DNA from: the human T2T-CHM13v2.0 reference genome, Homo sapiens | Strand: one strand, 5' to 3' | Assembly: GCF_009914755.1 (NCBI RefSeq) | Contig: NC_060941.1 | Length of the DNA: 64,000 bases | Part shown: positions 51,908-64,000 of the stretch, one piece after another | How positions within the stretch are numbered: position 1 is the stretch's first letter | Layout: every line of letters starts with the position of its first letter | Position numbers and translations under genes: made by a program | Notes under the pieces: model-generated | Seen by the model: the letters and a program-made list of their open reading frames with translations, nothing else | The model's database searches: none | What the model was told of the DNA's origin: nothing

Positions 51908-53761
51908 ATTTCAGCCATGAATCAGGCATAAATATTCTGATGGTTAATTTCAGACATCTACTTGATCGGATTGAGAGACACACATAGCTGGTCAAACACG
52001 ATTTCAGCCATGAATCAGGCATAAATATTCTGATGGTTAATTTTAGACATCTACTTGAGTGGATTAAGAGACACACATAGCTGGTCAAACACAATTTCAG
52101 CCATGAATCAGGCATAAATATTCTGACGGTTAATTTTAGACATCTACTTGATCGGATTGAGAGACACACATAGCTGGTCAAACACGATTTCAGCCATGAA
52201 TCAGGCATAAATATTCTGATGGTTAATTTTAGACATCTACTTGAGTGGATTGAGAGACACACATAGCTGTTCAAACACGATTTCAGCCATGAATCAGGCA
52301 TAAATATTCTGTGGTTAATTTTAGACATCTACTTGAGTGGATTGAGAGACACACATAGCTGGTCAAACAATTTCAGCCATGAATCAGGCATAAATATTCT
52401 GACGGTTAATTTTAGACATCTACTTGAGTGGATTGAGAGACACACATAGCTGGTCAAACACGATTTCAGCCATGAATCAGGCATAAATATTCTGTGGTTA
52501 ATTTTAGACATCTACTTGAGTGGATTGAGAGACACACATAGCTGGTCAAACAATTTCAGCCATGAATCAGGCATAAATATTCTGACGGTTAATTTTAGAC
52601 ATCTACTTGAGTGGATTGAGAGACACACATAGCTGGTCAAACACGATTTCAGCCATGAATCAGGCATAAATATTCTGACGGTTAATTTTAGACATCAACT
52701 TGACTGGATTAAGGGACACACATAGCTGGTCAAACACGATTTCAGCCATGAATCAGGCATAAATATTCTGACGGTTAATTGTAGACATCTACTTGACTGG
52801 ATTGAGAGACACACATAGCTGGTCAAACACGATTTCAGCCATGAATCAGGCATAAATATTCTGATGGTTAATTGTAGACATCTACTTGACTGGATTGAGA
52901 GACACACATAGCTGGTCAAACACGATTTCAGCCATGAATCAGGCATAAATATTCTGACGGTTAATTTTAGACATCAACTTGACTGGATTAAGGGACACAC
53001 ATAGCTGGTCAAACACGATTTCAGCCATGAATCAGGCATAATATTCTGATGGTTAATTTTAGACATCTACTTGAGTGGATTGAGAGACACACATAGCTGG
53101 TCAAACATGATTTCAGCCATGAATCAGGCATAAATATTCTGATGGTTAATTTTAGGCATCTACTTGAGTGGATTGAGAGACACACATAGCTGGTCAAACA
53201 ATTTCAGCCATGAATCAGGCATAAATATTCTGATGGTTAATTTTAGACATCTACTTGAGTGGATTGAGAGACACACATAGCTGGTCAAACAATTTCAGCC
53301 ATGAATCAGGCATAAATATTCTGACGGTTAATTTTAGACATCTACTTGAGTGGATTGAGAGACACACATAGCTGGTCAAACACGATTTCAGCCATGAATC
53401 AGGCATAAATATTCTGACGGTTAATTTTAGACATCAACTTGACTGGATTAAGGGACACACATAGCTGGTCAAACACGATTTCAGCCATGAATCAGGCATA
53501 CATATTCTGATGGTTAATTGTAGACATCTACTTGACTGGATTGAGAGACACACATAGCTGGTCAAACAGGATTTCAGCCATGAATCAGACATAAATATTC
53601 TGATGGTTAATTGTAGACGTCTACTTGACTGGATTGAGAGACACACATAGCTGGTCAAACACGATTTCAGCCATGAATCAGGCATAAATATTCTGATGGT
53701 TAATCGTAGACGTCTACTTGACTGGATTGAGAGACACACACAGCTGGTCAAACACGATTTC
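51908..53761. repeat. 93-bp VNTR (~20 copies; some 91-92 bp)
   Basis: atttcagccatgaatcaggcataaatattctgatggttaattttagacatctacttgagtggattgagagacacacatagctggtcaaacacg. Confidence 0.97.
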
Positions 53762-54540
53762 TGGGCATATCTATGAGGGTGTTTCTGGAAGACACTGAGA
53801 TAACCATGACCCAATGTGGATGGGCACTGATATGGTTTGGCTGTGTCCCCACCCAGATCTCATCTTGAATTGTAGTTCCTGTAATACCTACATGTCGTGG
53901 GAGGGACCCAATGGGAGGTGACTGAATCATGGTGGTGGTTACCGCCATGCTGTTCTCATGACAGTGAGTGAGTTCTCATGATCTGATGGTTTTATAAGGG
54001 GCTTTTCCCCTTTGGCTCAGCACTTCTTGTTGCTGCCATGTGAAGAGGGATAGCTTTGCTTCCCCTTCTGCCATGATTGTGAGGCCCCTGCAGCCATGTG
54101 GAACTGTCAGCCCATTAAACCCCTTTGTTCTTTATAAATTGCTCAGACTCAGATATTTCTTCATAGCTGTATAAAAATGGATGAATACAGGCAGCATCCA
54201 ATTGGTTGAGAGCCCAGATAGAATAACAAGGAAGAGGAAAGGTGAATTATCTCCTTCTGAAATGGAAACATCCTTCTTCTCCTGCCCTTGACATCAGAAC
54301 TTCAGGGTCTCAGACCTTTGGCCTCACAATCAGAGTTACACCATTGGCTTCCCCGATTCTGAGTCCTTTGTATCTGGAGTGAGCCATGCTACCAGCTTTC
54401 CTGGTTCTCCAACTTGGAGACAGGCTATTGTGGAACTTCTCAGCCTCCATAATTATGTGAACCAGTTCCCCTAATGAATCTTCTCTCATCTGTCTACATA
54501 TATCCTATTGATTCTGCCTTTCTGGAGACCCCTGACTAAT
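53693..54540 (+). mobile_element. MLT2 (ERVL) LTR, split by a THE1 insertion; its 5' end is amplified in the VNTR
   Basis: tgatggttaat...gatttctgggcatatctatgagggtgtttctggaaga...cttctcctgcccttgacatcagaacttcagg...tatcctattgattctg...ctgactaat. Confidence 0.85.
53828..54189 (+). mobile_element. THE1/MSTA-type MaLR solo LTR
   Basis: tgatatggtttggctgtgtccccacccagatctcatcttgaattgtag...gaataca; 5-bp TSD ggcac/ggcag. Confidence 0.92.
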
Positions 54541-55655
54541 GTGATTACAATAACTACACAATTCACTAGTTTATATAGAAGACTTGGTTTTTGTCTTTGC
54601 CCCATTTTATATTTGTATTATAACTATGTATCTGGAAAATGGAACAAGTTTTTTCTTCTTCATATGAGGGCTAAGGCTTTTTTCTCACCAATATTTTTGG
54701 AGATTTTAAAGATTTTCTTTTTTTTTGACATAGAATCTTATGGAGGCTGAGAAATAATTTTTTTTCTATTTTATTCTTCAGCCCCAGGTGTTTGCTTTTG
54801 CAGATTCTTGAGCACATTGAGAGCCTCCAAGGCATGGAGTGGGGTGCCTGAAGTTTCAGTGATTATAGGGAGTTGAGAGACTCAACTGGGAAAGGAAAGG
54901 TCTAAAAGGAGGCAATTTGGAAGATAAAAATTTTCTCAAAGGAGCCATTAAAGTTGTAAATAATTCTTAGTAAAGTCATGCAAACAGGAAAAGAAGTAGA
55001 ATTAGTTCCATATTGGTGGAACACATAGTCAGCAGAGGTTTGAGAAGGGAGAATTTAGTGAAGTGAGAAGTTCCCATGAAAGCAGCAAGATCAAGATCAC
55101 AGACACCTTGAAACAAAAAGCCAGGAATAACTTCCAACCCAAGAGGAGAACAGAGAGGCCTCAAAACCAAAGCTAGGATAAGAAACTTGTAGCCCAAGAG
55201 TTATCTTCCAGACAAAGAAGCCTGAGATTCCAACGCAGCTTCAGAGAGTGCTCACTCAAAATGTTACTAAAACTGTAGGCTTTTTAATGACTTAGCCATG
55301 CCTGCAAAAGGCATTCCCTAAGGTGGCACAGAAGACGGAGCCCCCATATCCAAAGATAGCCAAGGAGAAAGAAAGACCCCTGTTGCCAGAGCCAGTGGGC
55401 AAAGGCAACAGAAAAGGAGACAAGGGTCCTAATGGGATGAGATCCTTTCGGATTTAGGCTTTTATACAAACTCCTGAGAACTGGCAGGTTGACAGCCATA
55501 AATGGGGTACCAAACTTTCTACTCATTGGATTACAAGTTCTCAGGCATCCAGAATGATGAACAAAATGACAATTTCTAGGGCTTCTGTGGGAGAGTATGG
55601 AAAGGTCTTTTTGAACCTTTTAATGCTGTGAACGGAAGAATGATGAGGTTCATAA

Positions 55656-56014
<359 letters not shown>

Positions 56015-57025
56015 TAGCCTGCAGGGTTGTCCTTCTGACAGGCTGGGAAGCATAGCCTCCAGCCAGAAGCCAGAAACAGATGCTTCAAGGAGGAGGTAAA
56101 GGAAATAGCAACTTATGCTGAGTGGAATGGCCAAATAGATTTATTTAATAAGCTCTAGGAGGAGTCATGAATATTTATGGAAGGAGAAATGCATGCACGC
56201 ACAATTGAGTTTCTTGCTTCTTCATGGGTCCCATGTACAAAAAATGGCAGTGTTAGCATGATCCCAGGGTGGAGTTTTCAGCCCTCTGACATTAAAAGGT
56301 GAAGTAGAGGACATGAAAACTTGCTCTGTGCATCCTCTGTACGCTGGCCAGAACCTCTCCATCGTGGGTGGTCTCTTATCAGGGAAGAAAGGAGAGGTTG
56401 ATATCAGTGGTGGAGGCTTTGAAAGGGCTGGTTTCTGTTAAATCCTTAGGGAAGAAAGCCTCATCATGGTTAGCAAAGGAGGGGGTATAACGATGTGTAT
56501 CTTAACCCCATCATCCCATCCTAGCAAAGCTGAGAACTCAGTTTTGAAAGTTACTCTGGGGTCCCCTCAGCCAAGAGTGGGTCTGTTCAGTCAGTTGGGA
56601 GCTTAGAATTTAATTTTCATTTATCAATGCTAATGGGAAAGAGTACGCTGTCTTCATGGCAGCTGAATTTGCAAGAAACTCCTTGGATGGGGTTAATGGC
56701 AGCTGTATTTTTCTGGGAGCTGTGCTTTAATTGGATAAAGTAAGTTCTGGTAAGATTTCTTCATCTTCAGTATCTCAAATGTTTTCATTTAAATAATCTT
56801 TATAACAACTTTTGATGTCTGAGTGGATTCCCACACAGTCATCTATTGTAAGACTTTCTGATTCCTTTTTTTTCCTTTGGTCATTATGAATAGGGCTTCT
56901 GTAAATAACTGCATGGTAGCTTTTGATGGGAAATAACATCAAAGTAGTTGTCAAAATACCTAGGAATGTTATTTTTGGATTGTAAGGTGAGACTTGTTTA
57001 GCTTTGGAAAAAAATGCCCAACTTG

Positions 57026-57590
57026 TAATAGGGGAGGAAAAATAATTTTCTGTTTTTGGAATTCTTAGATGGAACGCTCTGTAAAAACTGACAGATTAAA
57101 ATGAGAAAAAGAGAAAAGTTTAAAAACATGTATATCTTATGGTTACATGGGAGATACTCAGGGAAAAATGAGTAAATCTCCAACAGGTGGCTTTCAATTC
57201 AAGCATAAATACTATCTTCAACTTAAAGAAAGAAGATTTGAGGTGCAGTAGTGGGGAGTTAACCAGCAAAAGCACATTAGACAAGGGTAAGGTTCGTTAT
57301 ACAGACTTAAGTCCATGCATTCTCCATTGATAAGACTCTTCAGTGATTTAGTTATCCTTCTCTTCTTGGTGTTGAGAGAGGTAGCTTTTAAATGGTGATT
57401 TCCTTTATAGATGTAAATTTTCCTTACACAAGTAACTTCTACTTTATTTTCACAACTTCCTTTGTTAGCATTTTTTTTTTCCAAAATAATTAGCTTGGAA
57501 TAATTCTTAAGCCAAAGGGACATATTTTGGGGTTGCATATTCTGGTTTCCTACCATTATATTTTGGGGTGGCATAGTTTGGTCTTATACA
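57026..57590 (-). mobile_element. ERV1 LTR (MER34-like)
   Basis: catattttggggttgcatattctgg...atattttggggtggcatagtttggtc near the LTR start; subfamily uncertain. Confidence 0.5.
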
Positions 57591-58221
57591 CTGTGTTCCA
57601 CTGGCAATGAAAAGAGTTCTTGTTTTTCCTCCAGCAATTTGTCATTTGTTAAAGAGCTTAGCAGTTCTAAGAGATATAGACCAGCTGTGCTATCTTTTTG
57701 TGGTTTTCAGTTCTCTAGTATGTTGAGCATCTTTTTGTAAGTGTACTTGCCATCTGTAGATCTTCTTTGGTGAAGTGTCTGTTCAGATCTGTGTGCATTT
57801 TTAATTGGGTTGTTTAACTTATTGTTTAGTTTTAACAATTTTTTATATATTTTGAATACAAATTCTCAGATCTGTATTTTGCAAATATTTTCTTCAATAT
57901 GTGGCTTGTGTTTTTGTTCTCTTGACAAGGTCTCTTCCAGAGTATAAACTGTAAATATTAAGAAATCCACATTGTCATTTCTTCTGTGTATATCAACCTT
58001 CTGTGTCATTTGTTAAAATTCATTACCAAACGCAAAGGCACACAGCTTTTCCTCTATAGTTTCTTCTAGAAATTGTATAGTTTTGCATTTTTAGTGTAAG
58101 GATGATTTTGAGTGATTATTTGTGTAAGTTGTAAAGTTTTCATCTACATGCATATCATTTCTTATGGTTTCCAATTAATCGTTCCCTCACTATTTTTGGG
58201 AAAGACACAGGATAGTGGGCT

Positions 58222-59330
<1,109 letters not shown>

Positions 59331-59374
59331 TACAGAACTGATGGGGATTAATAACTGGCGCTCTGACTTTAAGT

Positions 59375-59765
59375 GGTGCAGGAGGTGGCCAGTAGGGGAC
59401 GGCAGCCGTCACACCGGGAGCAAGAGTGCCCTGCGTAGTCCCCATGTGCCTGCATGTGGCGTGCAGCCACGACAATGCCAGCAAGAGGGCCCGGCACTGT
59501 GCCCAGCTGCCAGCAGGCGGGTGTGCTGCCACTACAATGTGAGGAAGAGGGCTCTGCAATGTCCCTAGCTGCCAGCAGGCGGCGTGCCACCACTATACTG
59601 CGAGCAAGAGAGCCCTGCCGTGCCCCGGCGCTAGCAGGGGGCGGTGGACACCACTGTAAACAAGAGGGCCCTGCAGTTGTCCTAGTCGCCAATAGGGGGC
59701 GCAATGGCAGAGCACCGTGGGCAAGCTGGTCCTGTAGTGCCCGGCTGCAAGCAGGGGGCGCCCAA
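59375..59765 (+). promoter_or_regulatory. 61-bp-type repeats with CTCF motifs
   Basis: gccagcaggcggcgtg (59571), gctagcagggggcgg (59630), ctgcagttgtcctagtcgccaatagggggcgca (59671), gcaagcagggggcgcc (59747). Confidence 0.8.
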
Positions 59766-60024
59766 AACGGGCTTTTCAGATTACTCAGGTTCCACTCGTC
59801 TCTGCGCCGCCGGGGACGTGTGTCTCTGCGCGTGCACCGCGCCACCCCCGCGCTCCCCGCCCGGCGGCGCGCGACTGTGCGACTGCAACACTCCCCGCCA
59901 CCCTCAGCCGAGCGACGTGCGTCTCTGCGCCTGCGCCGCGCCTCACTCCCGCCCGCCCAGCGACCCCTCCCCTCCGGGGAGGCACCGGCGTGCGTCTATG
60001 CCCTGCGCCGCGTCTCCTCAACAG

Positions 60025-60468
60025 CGCCGCGCCGCGCCTGTCTGCGCCTGCGCCGGCGCGCCGCGCCGCGCCTGTCTGCGCCTGCGCCGGCGCGCCGCGC
60101 CGCGCCTGTCTGCGCCTGCGCCGGCGCGCCGCGCCGCGCCTGTCTGCGCCTGCGCCGGCGCGCCGCGCCGCGCCTGTCTGCGCCTGCGCCGGCGCGCCGC
60201 GCCTGTCTGCGCCTGCGCCGGCGCGCCGCGCCGCGCCTGTCTGCGCCTGCGCCGGCGCGCCGCGCCGCGCCTGTCTGCGCCTGCGCCGGCGCGCCGCGCC
60301 GCGCCTCTCTGCGCCTCCGCCGGCGCGCCGCGCCGCGCCTCTCTGCGCCTGCGCCGGCGCGCCGCGCCGCGCCTCTCTGCGCCTGCGCCGGCGCGCCGCG
60401 CCGCGCCTCTCTGCGCCTGCGCCGGCGCGCCGCGCCGCGCCTCTCTGCGCCTCCGCCGGCGCGCCGCC
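60025..60468. repeat. TERRA-promoter '29-bp' repeat, here 13 units spaced mostly 34 bp apart
   Basis: gcgcct(g/c)tctgcgcctgcgccggcgcgccgcgcc; unit spacing 34 bp except one of 29 bp. Confidence 0.93.
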
Positions 60469-60980
60469 TTTGCGAGGGCGGAGTTGCGTTCTCTTTAGCA
60501 CACACCCGGAGAGCATCGCCAGGGCGGAGCTGCGTTCTTCTCTGCACAGACTTCGGGGGTATTGCGAAGGCGGAGCAGAGTTCTTCTCAGGTCAGACCTG
60601 GGCGGGCGGGCTGAGGGCACTGCGAGGGCGGAGCTGTGTTCTGTTCAGCACAGACCTGGGGGGTACCGTAAAGGCGGAGCAGCATTCTTCTCAGCACAGA
60701 CGTTGGGGGTACTGCATGGCTTTGGGACAACTCGGGGCTGCATCGACGGTGAATAAAATCTTTCCCGGTTGCTGCCCTGAATAATCAAGGTCACAGACCA
60801 GTTAGAATGGTTTAGTGTGGAAAGCGGGAAACGAAAAGCCTCTCTGAATCCTGCGCACCGAGATTCTCCCAAGGCAAGGCGAGGGGCTGTATGGCAGGGT
60901 TCAACTGCAGCGTCGCAACTCAAATGCAGCATTCCTAATGCACACATGACACCCAAAATATAACAGACATATTACTCATG

Positions 60981-61700
60981 GAGGGTGAGGGTTCGGGTTC
61001 GGGTTAGGGTTCCGGTTCGGGTTCGGGTTCGGGGTTAGGGGTTAGGGGTCAGGGTCAAGGTCACGGTCAGCGTCAGCGGTCAAGGTCAGGGTCAGGGTCA
61101 GGGGTCAGGGTTAGGGTCAGGGGTTACGGTCAGAGGGTAGGGTTAGGGTTAGGGTTAGGGTTAGGGGTAGGGGTTGGGGTTGGGGTTGGGGTTGGGGTTG
61201 GGGTTGGGGTTAGGGTTAGGGTTAAGGGTTAAGGGTTAGGGTTAGGGTTAGGGTTAGGGTTGTTAGGGTTAGGGTTGTTAGGGTTAGGGTGGTTAGGGTT
61301 AGGGTTAGGGTTAGGGTTAGGGGTTAGGGTTAGGGGTTAGGGTTGGGGTTGGGGTTGGGGTTGGGGTTAGGGTAGGGTTAGGGTTGGGGTTGGGGTTGGG
61401 GTTAGGGTTAGGGTTAGGGTTAGGGTTAGGGTTAGGGTTAGGGGTAAGGGTTAGGGTTAGGGTTAGGGTTAGGGTTAGGGGTTAGCGTTAGGGGTTAGGG
61501 TTAGGGTTAGGGTTAGGGTTAGGGTTAGGGGTTGGGGTTGGGGTTGGGGTTGGGGTTGGGGTTAGGGTTTGGGTTAGGGTTTGGGTTAGGGTTAGGGTTA
61601 GGGTTAGGGTTAGGGTTAGGGTTAGGGTTAGGGTTAGGGTTAGGGTTAGGGTTAGGGTTAGGGTTAGGGTTAGGGTTAGGGTTAGGGTTAGGGTTAAGGG
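60981..61700 (+). repeat. Proximal telomere variant repeat zone
   Basis: TGAGGG, TTCGGG, TCAGGG, TTGGGG, TTAAGGG, TTAGGGG, TTTGGG and TTGTTAGGG mixed with TTAGGG. Confidence 0.97.
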
Positions 61701-63576
61701 TTAGGGTTAGGGTTAGGGTTAGGGTTAGGGTTAGGGTTAGGGTTAGGGTTAGGGTTAGGGTTAGGGTTAGGGTTAGGGTTAGGGTTAGGGTTAGGGTTAG
61801 GGTTAGGGTTAGGGTTAGGGTTAGGGTTAGGGTTAGGGTTAGGGTTAGGGTTAGGGTTAGGGTTAGGGTTAGGGTTAGGGTTAGGGTTAGGGTTAGGGTT
61901 AGGGTTAGGGTTAGGGTTAGGGTTAGGGTTAGGGTTAGGGTTAGGGTTAGGGTTAGGGTTAGGGTTAGGGTTAGGGTTAGGGTTAGGGTTAGGGTTAGGG
62001 TTAGGGTTAGGGTTAGGGTTAGGGTTAGGGTTAGGGTTAGGGTTAGGGTTAGGGTTAGGGTTAGGGTTAGGGTTAGGGTTAGGGTTAGGGTTAGGGTTAG
62101 GGTTAGGGTTAGGGTTAGGGTTAGGGTTAGGGTTAGGGTTAGGGTTAGGGTTAGGGTTAGGGTTAGGGTTAGGGTTAGGGTTAGGGTTAGGGTTAGGGTT
62201 AGGGTTAGGGTTAGGGTTAGGGTTAGGGTTAGGGTTAGGGTTAGGGTTGTTAGGGTTAGGGTTAGGGTTAGGGTTAGGGTTAGGGTTAGGGTTAGGGTTA
62301 GGGTTAGGGTTAGGGTTAGGGTTAGGGTTAGGGTTAGGGTTAGGGTTAGGGTTAGGGTTAGGGTTAGGGTTAGGGTTAGGGTTAGGGTTAGGGTTAGGGT
62401 TAGGGTTAGGGTTAGGGTTAGGGTTAGGGTTAGGGTTAGGGTTAGGGTTAGGGTTAGGGTTAGGGTTAGGGTTAGGGTTAGGGTTAGGGTTAGGGTTAGG
62501 GTTAGGGTTAGGGTTAGGGTTAGGGTTAGGGTTAGGGTTAGGGTTAGGGTTAGGGTTAGGGTTAGGGTTAGGGTTAGGGTTAGGGTTAGGGTTAGGGTTA
62601 GGGTTAGGGTTAGGGTTAGGGTTAGGGTTAGGGTTAGGGTTAGGGTTAGGGTTAGGGTTAGGGTTAGGGTTAGGGTTAGGGTTAGGGTTAGGGTTAGGGT
62701 TAGGGTTAGGGTTAGGGTTAGGGTTAGGGTTAGGGTTAGGGTTAGGGTTAGGGTTAGGGTTAGGGTTAGGGTTAGGGTTAGGGTTAGGGTTAGGGTTAGG
62801 GTTAGGGTTAGGGTTAGGGTTAGGGTTAGGGTTAGGGTTAGGGTTAGGGTTAGGGTTAGGGTTAGGGTTAGGGTTAGGGTTAGGGTTAGGGTTAGGGTTA
62901 GGGTTAGGGTTAGGGTTAGGGTTAGGGTTAGGGTTAGGGTTAGGGTTAGGGTTAGGGTTAGGGTTAGGGTTAGGGTTAGGGTTAGGGTTAGGTTAGGGTT
63001 AGGGTTAGGGTTAGGGTTAGGGTTAGGGTTAGGGTTAGGGGTTAGGGTTAGGGTTAGGGTTAGGGTTAGGGTTAGGGTTAGGGTTAGGGTTAGGGTTAGG
63101 GTTAGGGTTAGGGTTAGGGTTAGGGTTAGGGTTAGGGTTAGGGTTAGGGTTAGGGTTAGGGTTAGGGTTAGGGTTAGGGTTAGGGTTAGGGTTAGGGTTA
63201 GGGTTAGGGTTAGGGTTAGGGTTAGGGTTAGGGTTAGGGTTAGGGTTAGGGTTAGGGTTAGGGTTAGGGTTAGGGTTAGGGTTAGGGTTAGGGTTAGGGT
63301 TAGGGTTAGGGTTAGGGTTAGGGTTAGGGTTAGGGTTAGGGTTAGGGTTAGGTAGGTTAGGGTTAGGGTTAGGGTTAGGGTTAGGGTTAGGGTTAGGGTT
63401 AGGGTTAGGGTTAGGGTTAGGGTTAGGGTTAGGGTTAGGGTTAGGGTTAGGGTTAGGGTTAGGGTTAGGGTTAGGGTTAGGGTTAGGGTTAGGGTTAGGG
63501 TTAGGGTTAGGGTTAGGGTTAGGGTTAGGGTTAGGGTTAGGGTTAGGGTTAGGGTTAGGGTTAGGGTTAGGGTTAG

Positions 63577-63608
<32 letters not shown>

Positions 63609-64000
63609 GGTTAGGGTTAGGGTTAGGGTTAGGGTTAGGGTTAGGGTGGTTAGGGTTAGGGTTAGGGTTAGGTAGGGTTAGGGTTAGGGTTAGGGTTAGG
63701 GTTAGGTAGGGTTAGGGGTTAGGGTTAGGGTTAGGGTTAGGGTTAGGTTAGGGTTAGGGTTAGGGTTAGGGGTTAGGGTTAGGGTTAGGGTTAGGGTTAG
63801 GGGTTAGGGTTTAGGGTTTAGGGTAGGGTTAGGGTTAGGGTTAGGGTTAGGGTTAGGGTTAGGGTTAGGGTTAGGGTTAGTTAGGGTAGTTAGGGTTAGG
63901 GTTAGGGTTAGGGTTAGGGTTAGGGTTAGGGTTAGGGTTAGGGTTGGGTTAGGGTTAGGGTTAGGGTTAGGGTTAGGTTAGTTAGGGTTAGGTTAGGGTT
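61701..64000 (+). repeat. Telomeric (TTAGGG)n array
   Basis: Near-pure TTAGGG to the window end, G-rich strand on +. Confidence 0.99.

Larger units (their letters stand above)
59350..60980. repeat. TAR1 telomere-associated repeat / subtelomeric CpG island (TERRA promoter region)
   Basis: Order is 61-bp-type repeats, then GCGCC repeats, then ggcggag..gttct..agcacagac repeats, then the gcacacatgacacccaaaata junction to telomeric repeats. Confidence 0.93.

Noticed and set aside
59369-60784. Arg/Ala-rich ORFs up to 386 aa
   Set aside because: GC-rich TAR1 repeats lack stops by composition
63350-64000. Many irregular repeats at the distal telomere end
   Set aside because: Scattered 1-3-bp indels at the sequence end are more likely low-coverage consensus errors; raw reads are needed

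Overview
This is a human chromosome-arm end (subtelomere plus telomere), oriented centromere to telomere on the + strand. Primate Alus include a human-specific AluYb-lineage copy. The window ends in an RPL23A processed pseudogene, the TAR1/TERRA-promoter repeats and about 3 kb of (TTAGGG)n with a proximal variant-repeat zone. The layout best fits 17q (RPL23AP87 region), but this is inference because subtelomeric blocks are duplicated on many ends. I find no intact canonical protein-coding gene; almost all long ORFs arise from stop-free tandem repeats or from Alu/L1. The rest is GC-rich non-coding sequence, at least eight minisatellites and layered transposon fossils (L1M, MER1B, Ricksha, MER39, MER4, MaLR, MLT2, Alu). 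Transposon subfamily names come from recalled consensus sequences, not an alignment. I see no new multi-gene system. The most interesting signals are: (1) a 9x68-bp VNTR carrying a CTCF-type motif whose 14-bp core is identical to one in TAR1; (2) an upstream ATG exon that can splice in frame into the RPL23A retrocopy using the retrocopy's own 5'UTR as acceptor; (3) several VNTRs that appear to have arisen from transposon sequence, some with AT-to-GC drift; (4) a 34-bp variant of the TERRA-promoter 29-bp repeat.
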